A stretch of 64,000 nt of DNA from Octopus sinensis. Taxonomy: Eukaryota. The stretch is from the NCBI RefSeq assembly GCF_006345805.1, contig NC_043017.1, positions 33,604,001-33,668,000 on the forward strand, in the 5' to 3' direction. The notes beneath the pieces were generated by a model, which saw only the letters and a program-made list of their open reading frames with translations, did not search any database and was not told where the DNA came from. The translations under genes were made by a program, and so were the position numbers. Below are positions 25,022 to 41,352 of this stretch, piece after piece (the stretch's first letter is position 1; every line of letters begins with the position of its first letter).

Positions 25022-28000
25022 TGTACGAAAAACTACACGTGCGAAATAATGTGACAACAGACATAAACGGACCGGTACCCTACGAAAATGACGACCGTCA
25101 AAATAATGGGCCGGACGTTGTACCTCATGTCCCGCAATTAAAACCCAAAAGACGTAAATGGACACGTGAGGAATACATTTCTATCTTACACGCATACTTC
25201 ACAGCAATGCTCTACCCACAAAATGAAAATACAACAACACATACATATAAAATATGGAAGGAAAATAATAGAGATATAGACTTGGATACAGCAATGAACC
25301 CTAATAAATTAGCTAACGTACGAAGATACATTCTCAAAGCCAAAAAAATATCAGAAATAGAAATAGAACATTTAAAAGAAAAAATACACCAGGAAAATGT
25401 AGATAGAAGCCACACAACAATGCCCAATAATATAAACACTGAAACTGTAAAACACGAAGACAACGCAAATTTCCCAACAAACACGATGTAAACAACGAAG
25501 GGAGCCTAATGATTATGATAATATAAAAAATAAAATAATCAAAGAACTGAAAACCACAGAGCCCAAAATGGACCACCGACCATACCTCCAAGAATAAAAT
25601 AAACGCAATACAACACCAATTATAAACAACATAAACCTAGCCGTCACTGAACTAGCCACTGAAACAAAAAAAAAGTGATATCACTGAACTAAATGACTTG
25701 ATATACGCAGCAGCCACTGCAGCCACAAAAGAAGCTGGATACTCACCCAAACCCGCCCAAACAGGAGTACCACCACCCAACAAAAACCTGTGGATAAATA
25801 ACATCCAAAACAAAGTAAAAAAAATTAGAAAAGACCTGTCGATTCTAATGAAATCAGCAAACAAGCAACGCTACTAAGCAACAAAAAGAGAACAAAAATG
25901 CTCCGCAAATATAACATCACAAAAAAGATTTGCCGGAGATAAAGAAAAGCTGAAGCAAGATATCCTTGCCAAAGCTCAAAGGATCCGCCGGTACGAGAAA
26001 CGCCAACGCTTCTTTGAACAGAACAAAAAATTCAACTCCGACCCCAAAAAGTTCTACCAAGAACTGGGCAAAAATAAAATAGAAGTCACTGCAGCACCAA
26101 CGGCAGAAGAATTGGAAGAATTCTGGAGAGAAATATGGTCGGCGAACGAACAGCCAAAAAAAAGGAGTATGAAAATAACAAACTCGGCATCTGAACAACT
26201 TTGGACCCCATAACAACTGAAGAGGTCTCCCAGGCACTGCAAAAACTAAGCAACTGGAAGGCACCTGGGCATGACAAGATCCCCAACTTCTGGTTGAAAT
26301 ATCTAACAGGAATGCACAAAAAGCTGGCTGAAAACTTTAACAGCATACTAGCAGAGCCAGAGACAATGCCTGAATGGCTCACGAAGGGGAAAACCATCTT
26401 AATTCCCAAATCAAATGAAACAACAAAACCAGAAAACTACAGACCAAAACCTGCCTCCCTACTATGTTCAAGGCATTTACTGCAGTGATATCGCAAAGGC
26501 TGAACAAGCACCTGGACGAAAACAAACTGTTCCCAGAAGAGCAGAAAGGATGCCGCAAGGGCTCATATGGCTGTAAAGATCAACTAATTTAATAAAGCCG
26601 TAACTGAAGACAGCCACAGAAAGAAGAAAGGCCTCAGTATGGCCTGGATTGACTACAAAAAGGCGTTTGATAGCATCCCCCACACATGGATCCTCGAAAC
26701 ACTAGCCATTAACAAAGTAGCACCAACAATCATAAAATTCATAGAGCACTCTATGAATAAATGGCAAACAGTCCTACACCTCCAAACAAAAGAGGGACTC
26801 ATGAAAACCAAAGACATCCCCATTAGAAGAGGAATATTCCAGGGAGACACGCTCTCTCCACTCTTTTTCTGCTTGGCACTGTCACCTCTATCTGATATGC
26901 TAAATAGAACTGGATGCGGATATAAATGTTACGGCAAAACGATCAGCCACCTTTTATATATGGATGACCTAAAACTATACGCTGCAAATGACAAACAGCT
27001 GGAAACACTATTAAGACAGTTCATGGATTTACCAAAGAAATAGATATGAAATTTGGATTAGAAAAATGCGCCAAAGTAACCATGAAAAGAGGAAAACTAG
27101 TTAAGAGTAACAACATCACACTAGATAAAACCAATGAAATAAAAGAATTAGACCAAAGCCAAACTTACAAATACTTAGGAATCCATGAACTAGATAAGAC
27201 ACAACACACACAAATGAAAGAGAAAATAAAAAAGAATATTATAGACGAGTTAGATCAATACTAAAACAGAGCTCAATGCTAAAAACAGATAATAGGTATC
27301 AACACTTTAGCTGTCCCAGTTATAAGTTACAGCTACAATATCCTTAACTGGACACGAAATGAACTGTCCAAAATAGATAGGAAAACAAGAAAAATACTGA
27401 CAGGATCTAGGATGCATCACCCAAAATCTGACATAGAAAGACTATATATACAAAGTATAGAAGGTGGTAGAGGCCTTATACAGCTGGAAAACTACATAAA
27501 ATAACCACCATAGGACTGCAAAAATACCTACTTCAGAAGGAAGGAAAACTGATCCAGATAGCAGCAAAACACGAGCAAAACAAAAAACTGTTCTCAGTAT
27601 TTAAGGAAGCTGACAAATACAAACAAGAAATCATACCACCTAATAAACACAAAGAAGAAGAAGATGATGATGAAGAAACAACAAAAGCTATAAAACAAAT
27701 GAAATCCAAACTAAAAATAGAACAGCAACGAACCATGGTAAAACGATGGCAAGAAAAGCCCCTTTATGGTAAATACTGGACTAAACTAAACGCAAAAGAA
27801 ATAGACAAAGAAAAATCCCAGCAATGGTTGAGAAGCTCAGGACTCAAAGCAGAAACAGAGGGATTTTTAATTGCAGCACAAGACCAAAGCCTCCCCACCA
27901 GAAATTACCAAAAACATGTAATGAAAAGAAATATACAAGTAACTGCAGAATATGTGGAGATGGACAGAAACAATAAATCATATTATCTCGCTGCCCAGTC

Positions 28001-28606
28001 CTGGCTAAGAAGGAATATATTCACAGACATGACAGAGTTGGAACCTACATACATTGGAAGCTATGCCAACATTATGGAATAAAAACAGAAAAAAGATGGT
28101 ATAGGCACACACCAGAAAAGGTCACAGAAAACGAGAAAGCAACCATACTCTGGGATATGCCGATACACACAGATAGAGAAATTAAGGCCAACAGACCAGA
28201 TATAGTTGTCAGAGATCATGAAGAAAAAAAATGCTTTCTAATTGATGTATCAATACCGGCAGATGACAACGTGTCTCTAAAAGAAATGGAGAAACTCTCA
28301 AAATACAAAGACCTGGAAATAGAGGTAACTAGAATGTGGAATCTGAAAACAGAAACAATTCCTATCATAGTAGGTGCATTAGGCATGATAAAAAAATATT
28401 CAGACAAATACATAACAAAAACACCAGGACTTACAAACACATATAATATACAGAAAAAAGCACTACTAGGCACTGCACACATCCTACGCAGAACACTTTC
28501 CATACAATAACCATCAGAGCATCACAACAAATCACAGCACATACCCAGGCACACAGAGCTGCGCTCGGTAGTGAAGTGAAAGCACGCTATAAAAATAAAA
28601 CTACTG
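25021..28606 (+). mobile_element. Near full-length R4/Dong-type non-LTR retrotransposon (family 1), frameshifted
   Basis: N-terminal RRKWTREEY; RT motifs NYRP, WIDYKKAFDSIPH, GIFQGDTLSP, YMDDLKL; RLE domain RPDIV...IDVSIP...KY; 3' UTR ends AAAACTACTG+(AAT)n. Confidence 0.92.
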
Positions 28607-28622
28607 AATAATAATAATAATA

Positions 28623-28664
<42 letters not shown>

Positions 28665-28666
<2 letters not shown>

Positions 28667-30182
28667 GAAAACTAGTTAAGAGTAACAACATCACACTATA
28701 TAAAACCAATGAAATAAAGAATTAGACCAAAGCCAAACTTACAAATACTTAGGAATCCATGAACTAGATAATACTCAACACACACAAATGAAAGAGAAAA
28801 TAAAAAAGAATATTATAGACGAGTTAGATCAATACTAACACAGAGCTCAATGCTAAAAACAAATAATAGGTATCAACACTTTAGCTGTCCCAGTTATAAG
28901 TTACAGCTACAATATCCTTAACTGGACACGAAATGAACTGACCAAAATAGATAGGAACAAGAAAAATAATGACAGGATCTAGGATGCATCACCCAAAATC
29001 TGACATAGAAAGACTATATATACAACGTATAGAAGGTGGTAGAGGTCTTATACAGCTGGAAAAATACTATAAAATAACCACCATAGGACTGCAAAAATAT
29101 CTACTTCAGAAGGAAGGAAAACTGATCCAGATAGCGGCAAAACACGAGCAAAACAAAAGACTGTTTCAGTATTTAAGGAGCTGACAAATACAAGCAAGAA
29201 ATCATACCACCTAATAAACATGAAGAAGAAGAAGATGAAGAAACAACAAAAGCTATAAAACAAATGAAATCCAAACTAAAAATAGAACAGCAACGAACCA
29301 TGATAAAATGATGGCAAGAAAAGCCCCTTCATGGTAAATACTGGACTAAACTAAACGCAAAAGAAATAGACAAAGAAAAATCCCAGCAATGGTTGAGAAG
29401 CCCAGGACTCAAAGCAGAAACAGAGGGATTTTTAATTGCAGCACACAAGACCAAAGCCTCCCCACCAGAAATTACCAAACATGTAATGAAAAGAAATATT
29501 ACAATAACTAACTGCAGAATATGTGGAGATGGACAAGAAACAATAAATCATATTATCTCTAGCTGCCCAGTCCTGGCTAAGAAGGAATATATTCACAGAC
29601 ATGACAGAGTTGGAACCTACATACATTGGAAACTATGCCAACATTATGGAATAACAACAGAAAAAAGATGGTATAAGGCACACACCAGAAAAGGTCACAG
29701 AAAACGAGAAAGCAACCATACTCTGGGATATGCCGATACACACACAGATAGAGAAATTAAGGCCAACAGGCCAGATATAGTTGTCAGAGATCATGAAGAA
29801 AAAAAATGCTTTCTAATTGATGTATCAATACCGGCTGATGACAACGTGTCTCTAAAAGAAATGGAGAAACTCTCAAAATACAAAGACCTGGAACTAGAGG
29901 TAACTACAATGTGGAATCTGAAAACAGAAACAATTCCTATCATAGTAGGTGCATTAGGCATGATAAAAAAATATTCAGACAAATACATAACAAAAACACC
30001 AGGACTTACAAACACATATAACATACAGAAAATTGCACTACTAGGCACTGCACACATCCTACGCAGAACACTTTCCATACAATAACCATCAGAGCATCAC
30101 AACAAATCACAGCACATACCCAAGGCACACAGAGCTGTGCTCGGTAGTGAAGTGAAAGCACGCTATAAAAATAAAACTACTG
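28665..30182 (+). mobile_element. 5'-truncated R4/Dong family 1 copy
   Basis: Matches 27090-28606; CCHC knuckle CRICGDGQETINHIISSC; RLE domain; identical 3' end plus (AAT)n. Confidence 0.92.
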
Positions 30183-30354
30183 AATAATAATAATAATAAT
30201 GATAACACTAGATCTCAATAACATTTCATTCTACCCTTACAATAAGGTTAATTAACATTTAAAATATATCCATAGGCTATCCAGCTAAATTAAATCTATT
30301 ATTAGTAACATAAATATATATGTTATTATATATGATCTATGAGCTAATAAATCT

Positions 30355-30823
30355 GTTGTGTCTGGGGATAGGGAATTTCTTTTTGTGTCTCATTATGTAA
30401 CGCACTCTCCAGTAAAATGAGTCAAAACTATTGAAAAGGTTTCAAGACGCAACGAACATTTTAGGAAAATAAAAATAAGGAATAAGAAATATTGAATTTC
30501 TAAATCTCTCGTAGAGACATGTAAGGTGGTGGGGCGATAGAATGGTTGTATACTGTCAATCTAACAAGAACGTGACAGTAGGGGGTACACCACCGATGCT
30601 TCCTAGGGCTATACAGCGGTGGTGTACCCCCTACTGTCACGTTCTTGTTAGATTGACAGTATACAACCATTGAAAAATAAGGAAAAAAAGTGGAAATTTT
30701 ACCGGTGAGTATGATACAAAATAAGCCACAAAAAGAAATTGACTCTCCCCAGACACAACATAATATGCTTCAACACACGAACTCATATAAAGAATCTTGC
30801 AAACCAAATCCCAAAACGAAATA
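30355..30823 (+). mobile_element. Hairpin+tail element, family P3, interrupted by a P2 insertion
   Basis: Arms about 30355-30410 and 30708-30760; tail shared with 43746-43810. Confidence 0.7.
30481..30672 (-). mobile_element. Short P2 hairpin+tail element with a 10-bp target-site duplication
   Basis: AAAAATAAGG at 30471-30480 and 30673-30682; arms match 11244 ff. Confidence 0.85.
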
Positions 30824-31065
30824 TAATAACTAAATGTCGCATGTTAATACCTGGCTTTACAACAGCGCATTGAAAAGGTGCTTTTATAATGAGAAAATAA
30901 CTGATATACCTACTTATAAATGTACGAGCTTAAGTAAACCTACGGAATTTAATAATACTCTTATTATGCCTCCAGGTAATATCTACTCAGTGATAGATAC
31001 TAATATGGAAAACAGGAATAAGAGTAGTTTGGTAACAGCACTGATTTTCCCAATTAATGTTAACA

Positions 31066-31470
31066 GGCGCAGGAGTGGCTGTGTGGTAAGTAGCTTGCTA
31101 ACCAACCACATGGTTCCGGGTTCAGTCCTACACCGTGGCATCTTGGGCAAGTGTCTTCTGCTATAGCCCCGGGCCGACCAAAGCCTTGTGAGTGGATTTG
31201 GTAGACGGAAACTGAAAGAAGCCTGTCGTATATATGTATATATATATATAAGTGTGTGTGTATATGTTTGTGTGTCTGTGTTTGTCCCCCTAGCATTGCT
31301 TGGCAACCGATGCTGGTGTGTTTACGTCCCCGTCACTTAGCGGTTCGGCAAAAGAGACCGATAGAATAAGTACTGGGCTTACAAATAATAAGTCCCGGGC
31401 TCGATTTGCTCGACTAAAGGCGGTGCTCCAGCATGGCCGCAGTCAAATGACTGAAACAAGTAAAAGAGTA
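31066..31470 (+). mobile_element. Full-length SINE-A
   Basis: GGCGCAGGAGTGGCTGTGTGG head through GACTGAAACAAGTAAAAGAG tail. Confidence 0.92.
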
Positions 31471-31599
31471 TGCATAAAAGTAATAATGCAGAGCTGCTGA
31501 AGAGCTCACAGGATGTGTGACGAAAGATTTCAGACAAGGGAAACCAAAAATAAGGACAATAATAAGCTGAAGTGAAGAGCGAATATACAGTTGCGTGTA

Positions 31600-31770
31600 T
31601 TTATTTATGTAGTTTGTTCTTAGTGTTTGCTCTTGGGCAATACAGATTAGAGCCTCCGTTTCCAGTTTTAAATCACTTTTAGTCATTCACGGCCATCTTT
31701 TTTCTCTGTCTGTCTCATCTTCAACATCCCTATGGAATTGTCCATGCATTCTTTTCTTTACCCACCTATA
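31600..31770 (-). pseudogene. R4/Dong family 3 fragment (3' piece)
   Basis: RWVKKRMHGQFHRD...W*MTKSDLKLETEALICIAQEQTLRTNYI aligns to WQEKPLYGKY...GLKAETEGFLIAAQDQSLPTRNY of family 1. Confidence 0.8.
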
Positions 31771-31850
31771 TAATATATAATAATAATAATAAAACTACTG
31801 AATAATAATAATATAATAATAATAATAATAATAAATAATAATAATAATAA

Positions 31851-31916
<66 letters not shown>

Positions 31917-31955
31917 TAATAATAATATAATAATAATAACAATAATAATAATAGA

Positions 31956-32244
31956 GAAAATAGAGGTAACTAGAATGTGGAATCTGAAAACAGAAACAAT
32001 TCCTATCATAGTAGGTGCATTAGGCATGATAAAAAAATATTCAGACAAATACATAACAAAAACACCAGGACTTACAACACATATAACATACAGAAAATTG
32101 CACTACTAGGCACTGCACAGATCCTACGCAGAACACTTTCCATACAATAACCATCAGAGCATCACAACAAATCACAGCACATACCCAAGGCACACAGAGC
32201 TGCGCTCGGTAGTGAAGTGAAAGCCCGCTATAAAAATAAAACTA

Positions 32245-32247
<3 letters not shown>
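31956..32247 (+). mobile_element. 3'-terminal R4/Dong family 1 fragment between (AAT)n tracts
   Basis: Matches 28317-28606; a ~12-bp terminal stub TAAAACTACTG also occurs at about 31789-31800. Confidence 0.9.
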
Positions 32248-32314
<67 letters not shown>

Positions 32315-32336
32315 TAATAATAATAATAATAATAAT

Positions 32337-35450
<3,114 letters not shown>

Positions 35451-35724
35451 CGACCTCAAACCTGAAGGCATTATCGAAAATGTTACGGAGATGTACTTGC
35501 ATAGCAAGTGATTTGATCTGAGATCGTGTGCTGGAACGAAAACAATTGCAGCGTGGAAGATGCTTATAAGCCATTTATGAAACACACAAAAGCCGTTCGA
35601 TTCTCTTCAACATTTAAGTTTAATTTGTCAAAATATTTTCGCCGCTTTAAGACCGCGACCTGTTCACTGACAAAAATCCGTGCTGCATCTCGAGATAACA
35701 GAATGAAAATGACCGTCCCGAAAT

Positions 35725-35950
35725 ATAACGTGTGTGTGCGTGTGTGCCTGCCTCTCTGTCTGTTTTTGTGTCTATGTTTGTCCCCGCTCCACCGCTTGAC
35801 AACCGGTGTTGGTGTATTTACACGCCCGTAAGGTTCGGCAAAAGCGACGAGTAAAAGAAGTATCAAGGACTGTTGTGGATTCATTCGAGAAAAGATTCTT
35901 CAAGGCGGTGCCCCAGCATGGCCAAAGTCTCATGACTGAAACAACTAAAA
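35725..35950 (+). mobile_element. SINE-A-related 3' half
   Basis: GTTTGTCCCC...CGCTTGACAACCG...GGTTCGGCAAAAG...GGCGGTGCCCCAGCATGGCC. Confidence 0.7.
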
Positions 35951-36234
35951 GAGTAGAGACAAAATGACGGAAAGAAAGTGGAAGTAGATAATCAGATGCA
36001 TTTGTAAATCAAAGAAACAGATACATATTTTCTGAGAGACGAAATTCGATTTCTACCATATTAAGTATTATACGTATTTGTAGTATAATAAAAAACAAAC
36101 AAACAGATACAAGAAAATCTTCAAAGTCAACTATGCTTTCAGAGGAAAGTTTCCACGTCCCATCAGCAAAACTAAACTGCTAAACGACTTTTTAATGCTA
36201 TTGATTGAATTGCTACCCACTCTAGTAACTACAT

Positions 36235-36302
<68 letters not shown>
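35909..36302 (+). repeat. Copy 2 of the ~335-bp duplicated segment plus (TAA)n
   Basis: Collinear with 24626-25017. Confidence 0.9.
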
Positions 36303-36305
<3 letters not shown>

Positions 36306-36396
36306 CAGAAACAATCTAAAAACAGAAACAATTCCTATCATACTGAGCGCATTAGGTATGATAAAAATATATTCAGACAAATACATAACAAAAACA
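36303..36396 (+). mobile_element. Diverged R4/Dong family 1 relic near the ORF 3' end
   Basis: AAAACAGAAACAATTCCTATCATA...TTCAGACAAATACATAACAAAAACA matches 28345-28425. Confidence 0.75.
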
Positions 36397-36640
36397 TGGT
36401 GGAACGATAGAGCAGTTGTATACTGTCAACTTAACGTAACAGTCCTATAGAGGGAATTACACCACCGCTATTTAGCCCCAGGAAGCATCAGCGCTTCCTG
36501 TCGGCCTTGACACATTTCTTGTGTCCTTATATTTACAAAGGGGAGACAAGCAACCCCAACAGCTAGGTTTGCATCCAGAGACTAGATTCTGAGTCTTGCT
36601 CGTCATCAGTCTGGAGTAGCATGGCCTGCTAGCTGGAGAT
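36397..36640 (-). mobile_element. Single-arm P2 element including an upstream hammerhead relic (36577-36612)
   Basis: Matches the P2 arms; minus strand reads AGA-CTGATGA-cGAGcaagaCTCa-GAAtC-TA-GTC-TCT. Confidence 0.7.
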
Positions 36641-37859
36641 ACCTGTCTAGCCTTCGTAAACATATATATTTTCAGTGAAATATATTCACTGATCACCAAA
36701 ATTAGAAATTAGAAGACTAGACAGGTATCTAAAAAACTAAAAACGAGGCAATATCTAGGGAAACTTCAAGGCATCTATATGACACAATTGAACCACATAA
36801 CTCACTTCTAGAACATTCTGAAAAGTACCTTTTGAATCTAGAGATATCTTTGATTTAACAATTCTCAATACACTCAAATAAACGGGAAATATGTACAGGT
36901 TAGGCTAGAACAAGTATTAAGACTTTATACATAGGAATTGAATACAAAACCAAAAAAAGGGAGGCAATATGATTGGAAAACATTAAACTAGGGTAATGAA
37001 TTAGATAATATTCTTTATTTTAACAAAACCTTTTAAACCTAAAAGCCGTCAGTTTGAACGTAAGAAACACACGACCAAGTCATGCGCAATAGAAAATCCA
37101 TCTATTAAATTGCTTAGCCGTTCAATATCAGATTTAGGTAGAATTAGTAAATCAGATAACATAATGCAAAAAACGATAAATTAATCACACTTTGTGGAAT
37201 AACTCTGGGAAGTAATTTACTGATTTGTTAATTTACCAATTAAGACGAAAAATCCCTTCAAGCAAGTTTGGTGGTAGTAATTACTATTTCTTTGTATCTC
37301 CTGGAGTTTTAATGAAGATATATTTGCTCGTAAATTTCTAATTTAACATGTAATGAAATAGATATTAAGTACGAGGAAGATATTAATCCACTTACAGGTA
37401 AATACTGGGCCAGAGATTCAATTCTATAGTTAATAAATTTGAACACAACAATGGGCTCCAGTGATTCACCCCAGGCTATTGATATAGTGGGTTTTCTTTA
37501 TTCCAGAAACCAATAAATGCCTTTCCAGACATAGGTGGTTGTGCATACAGCGATGGTTCTCTATTCGTTACAATAAATTCTTCTTCCTTAGATTTGAAAG
37601 AAAAACTTAGGAAAAAACACGCTTCCCTAAAGTCTTTAGAAATTATAATCTTATTATTCAGTTTGGAAGATATTAAGATCGTTAATCTTGTAAATACAAC
37701 TTTTCCCCAAACTCCTGAGCTATGTTTTACGCTGTTATAAACCAAATGAATATGACTTATCAATATATACATAAAATAATTTAATTTTACCAAAACAGAA
37801 TAGTTAAAACATAAATTCAGATTTCGAATCTTTCAGCGAATGAAAGCATTCCTAACGAT

Positions 37860-38780
37860 AAAGGAGATTATTTGCTAGTGAGATAAATTCGTTTTATTCA
37901 AGTTATTTTCCATCAACAAGCTTAACAAATCCGTCCAGAATATATTCTGCTACATTGTTCACAACTACTTGCCCACGTTCCACGTGCTTACGAATATCTT
38001 GATAGCAGAAATCACCGGGTCCTGATTTGAAGATTTCATCGAACCACGTTTGCAGCTCTACAGCGTTGTTGAACGAAATGCATCGAACACTGTTGATCGG
38101 TGACCAAAACAGGTGATAATCTGAAATTGCTAAATCAGAAGTATATTTTGAACGCAGTGAATCTTTCGGAGATCTTTCGTTGAATTTTCAACGTGAAGGG
38201 CGAGTCTTGCCCTGCTGAAAAGCACACCATGTTGCCGATCGAGTGATTTCAGCTATATTGCCTCGTTGAGCCAGTGTAGTTGCTGAACGTAAAGCTCGGC
38301 TTTGGTTGTGTGGTTCTTTTTAAGCATTTGGAAGTGGATAAGCCCTTTCCAGTCTCACAAAACGCACACCATTGACATATGTGGATTCAGCCATGGCTTG
38401 GCTTGAGGTATTTTCCCTTCTGTTTCATATTGATGTAAGGACTTTATTTTCCATCGCCGGTGACGATGGAATCCTTACTGGTGTCCCCGAAGAACCTGGA
38501 GTCAAACGAGTAAACTGGTAGCGACTGAGGGACGCTAGTGTTTTCAGTTTCATTCAGAACGTGTGGCACATTTGCACTGAGTTTTTGGACCTCGCCATTC
38601 GATTGAAGGTGACAGACAATGGTATCACGAGGGCATCCCATCTGCTGAGACGATTTCCTTATGGGTTGGTGCTGTCTTTTGTAAATGAGTTAGTCCAATC
38701 GATCCTCATTGAACAGAATAGGAATGCAGCGAGTCTTTGAGGTCGAATTCCTGACGGACATGGATTTCTGACAACATGGA
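37860..38780 (-). pseudogene. Highly degenerate mariner transposase
   Basis: Minus-strand relics IVTGDGK and YTSDLAISDYHLFWS...FNNAVELQTWFDE...VVNNVAEYILD. Confidence 0.7.
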
Positions 38781-39189
38781 ACCCCCTTTCGCTTTTATTT
38801 TTTTTTTTTACAAAAACTCACCTTTTCAACTATGGAGATTTCGAATATGCAAAAAGATAGGCATTTTAAAATTTAAATACCACCCCCATCCCCAATTCCT
38901 TCACTTTTCACTTTTGTCAGGGGTTCAGTAGATTGTTGTCTTCGAGGAAGTGGGTTATTCGTGATCTCACCACCCTCTCCAGGAATATAGCCTCCAGAGC
39001 TCTCCTGGGGGGGGGGGCTGCGTTTTGCATCATGCTTGGTCATCATGCTTTTTTGAAGGTTGGGTTTTTTCGATTCGTGTGATACAATGAGAGTCGAATG
39101 GGCACGTTGCTGCTGGCAGTATTTAAGGCGGTCGATTTTCTTGTTCTCTTCGATTTCTAAGTATTCTAGGAACACAACAACTAATAAAT

Positions 39190-39760
39190 TATTGGTTTTA
39201 CTTTATACGGAAGCGGCTTCGCAGTAGCCATTAGTAAATACGTCCATTGTTTTAGCCGAAAAGAAATCTTGCACGGAAATGGCAATCTTAACTTCTTCTG
39301 CAAACATGATCTGCACGGATAGCTGTAAAGATTGTTGAGCCCTCAAGAAATTTGCGCGTGTATTTGTAGGGTTGATAGCAAAAGAGAAACACACACACAC
39401 ACACACACACGACAACAAAAATTTATTTATTTATTTATTTTGGTAATTCGTATTTAGAAAGTTGATCTTCGGTTTGGCTGTTGTTTCTAGCTTATGGAAC
39501 TTTCCGGTTGCAGCCTACTTAAAAACTGGAGATGGGGGTGGAATTCAGATTTTGAAATGCCGAATTTTTGGCATATTCGGAATCTCCACAGTCGCAAAAG
39601 TGGGATTCTGAGGGGGGAAAATAACATCGGAAGCACGTGCGGTCCATGTCCTTTACGTCCGCCGAATTTCCTCTCCTGGACGCGTAGACACCATATTTGT
39701 GCAGTTCTTTCAGTAAGAGCGCTTTCTCCGTACACAGCAAAAATATATCTCGTGGGGCTT
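39190..39760 (-). pseudogene. Additional mariner relics (C-terminal and HTH fragments, TIR-like end)
   Basis: EEVKIA...DFFSAK...FTNG; AVYGESALTERTAQIW; GCAACCGGAAAGTTC TIR-like sequence near 39495-39513. Confidence 0.45.
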
Positions 39761-40421
39761 TAGCAGTTTGGGAACCTGGATGAAAGTGAAAAGAAGGAAA
39801 TACCGGAAATACTTATATGTTTCTAATTGGCACCTCATAGTTTTATGTCGCAAAAGAGGAAAAGTATCTTCAAATTTCGTAAACGATTAATTAAAATTAT
39901 AGAAAAGATATACATCTAGAAAATCCATAAAACGTTATAATGAAAATATCTTTCGTGTTTATTCATTTAACATTGGAGAGAAACTAAAAAAGTTCAGTTC
40001 AATAAGTAACCTTTGAGCAGTGGTCATAACCATAAAATAAGCTATATACTTCACACCAAATTAATATGTGAATAAAGTAAATATTTGTACTAACAGTATT
40101 AGATTTAAACGAAAGAACTCAAATGGTAGCGCCACTACGGAAAAAAAAGCATGAAAGATATGGAACATGCAGATAATGATTACAAAAAATCTCAAAGCTT
40201 GAACCAGGAATGATGAACCAAATACTGGGGTAAAAGAGCACTGACGCTGTCAGTGTGACTTTAGGTTGTGTAGGCTAGGGAAAAGGGATGCAAAAAGAAA
40301 AAGAGGGGGAAATCTAATAGGGGTGGTTGTGCCCTAAAGAGTTAAAGTAGAAATTAAGATTTTAGAGTTTAATTAAAGAGTGGTCAGGAGAATCATCATC
40401 ATCATCATCATCATCATCACC

Positions 40422-40455
<34 letters not shown>

Positions 40456-40514
40456 TTATCATCATCATCATCATTATTATTATTATTATTGTTGTTGTTA
40501 TCATTATTATTATT

Positions 40515-41352
40515 AAGGCGATGAGCTGGGAGAAAAGTTAGCACGCCGGGCGAAATGCTTGGCAGTATTTCGTCTGTCATTGCGTTCTGAGTTCAAATTC
40601 CGCCGAGGTCGACTTTGCCTTTCATCCTTTCGGGGTCGATTAAATAAGTACCAGTTACGCACTGGGGTCGATATGATCGATTTAATCCGTTTGTCTGTCC
40701 GTGTTTGTCTTCTCTGTGTTTAGCCCCTTCTAGGTAGTAAAGAAATAGGTATTTTGTCTGCCGTTACGTTCTGAGTTCAAATTCCGCTGAGGTCGACTTT
40801 AACTTTCATCCTTTCGGAGTTGATAAATTAAGTACAAGTTACGCACTGGGGTCGATATAATCGACTGGACCCTCCTCCCATATTTTGGGTCTAGAGTAGA
40901 AAAGATTATTATTATTATTATGATTATTATTATTATCAGTAGTAGTAGTAGTAGCAGTAGTAGTAAGGCGGCGAGCTGGTAGAATCGTTAGCACGCCGGG
41001 CAAAATGCTTTGCGGTATTTTGTCTGCTGCTATGTTCTGAGTTCAAATTCCGCCGATGTCGTCTTTGCTTTTCATAAATTAAGGAAATACTGGGGTCGAT
41101 GTAATCGACTTTTCAGGCCTTGTGCCTTTAGCAAAAAGGATTATTCTTTTCTAATCTAGGCACAAGGTCCGAAATTTCGGGGGAGGAGTCCAATCGATTA
41201 GATCGATTCCAGTACGTAATCGGTACTTAAATTGTCGATCCCGAAAGGATGAAAGACAAAGACGACCTCAGCGGAATTTGAACACAGAACGTAAAAACAG
41301 ACGCTAAGCATTTCGCACGACGTACTAACGTTTCTGCCAGTTCGCCACCTTT
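40515..41352. mobile_element. Cluster of SINE-B copies: dimer 40515-40905 (+), 40965-41140 (+), 41172-41352 (-)
   Basis: AAGGCGGCGAGCTGG heads directly after trinucleotide tracts; B-box-like GTTCAAATTCC. Confidence 0.85.

Noticed and set aside
36700-37790. Possible very old PLE coding relics (GIY-YIG-like on plus, YVDD-like on minus) and ORF 37476-37793
   Set aside because: Motifs need several assumed indels or substitutions; needs a profile-HMM or tBLASTn search
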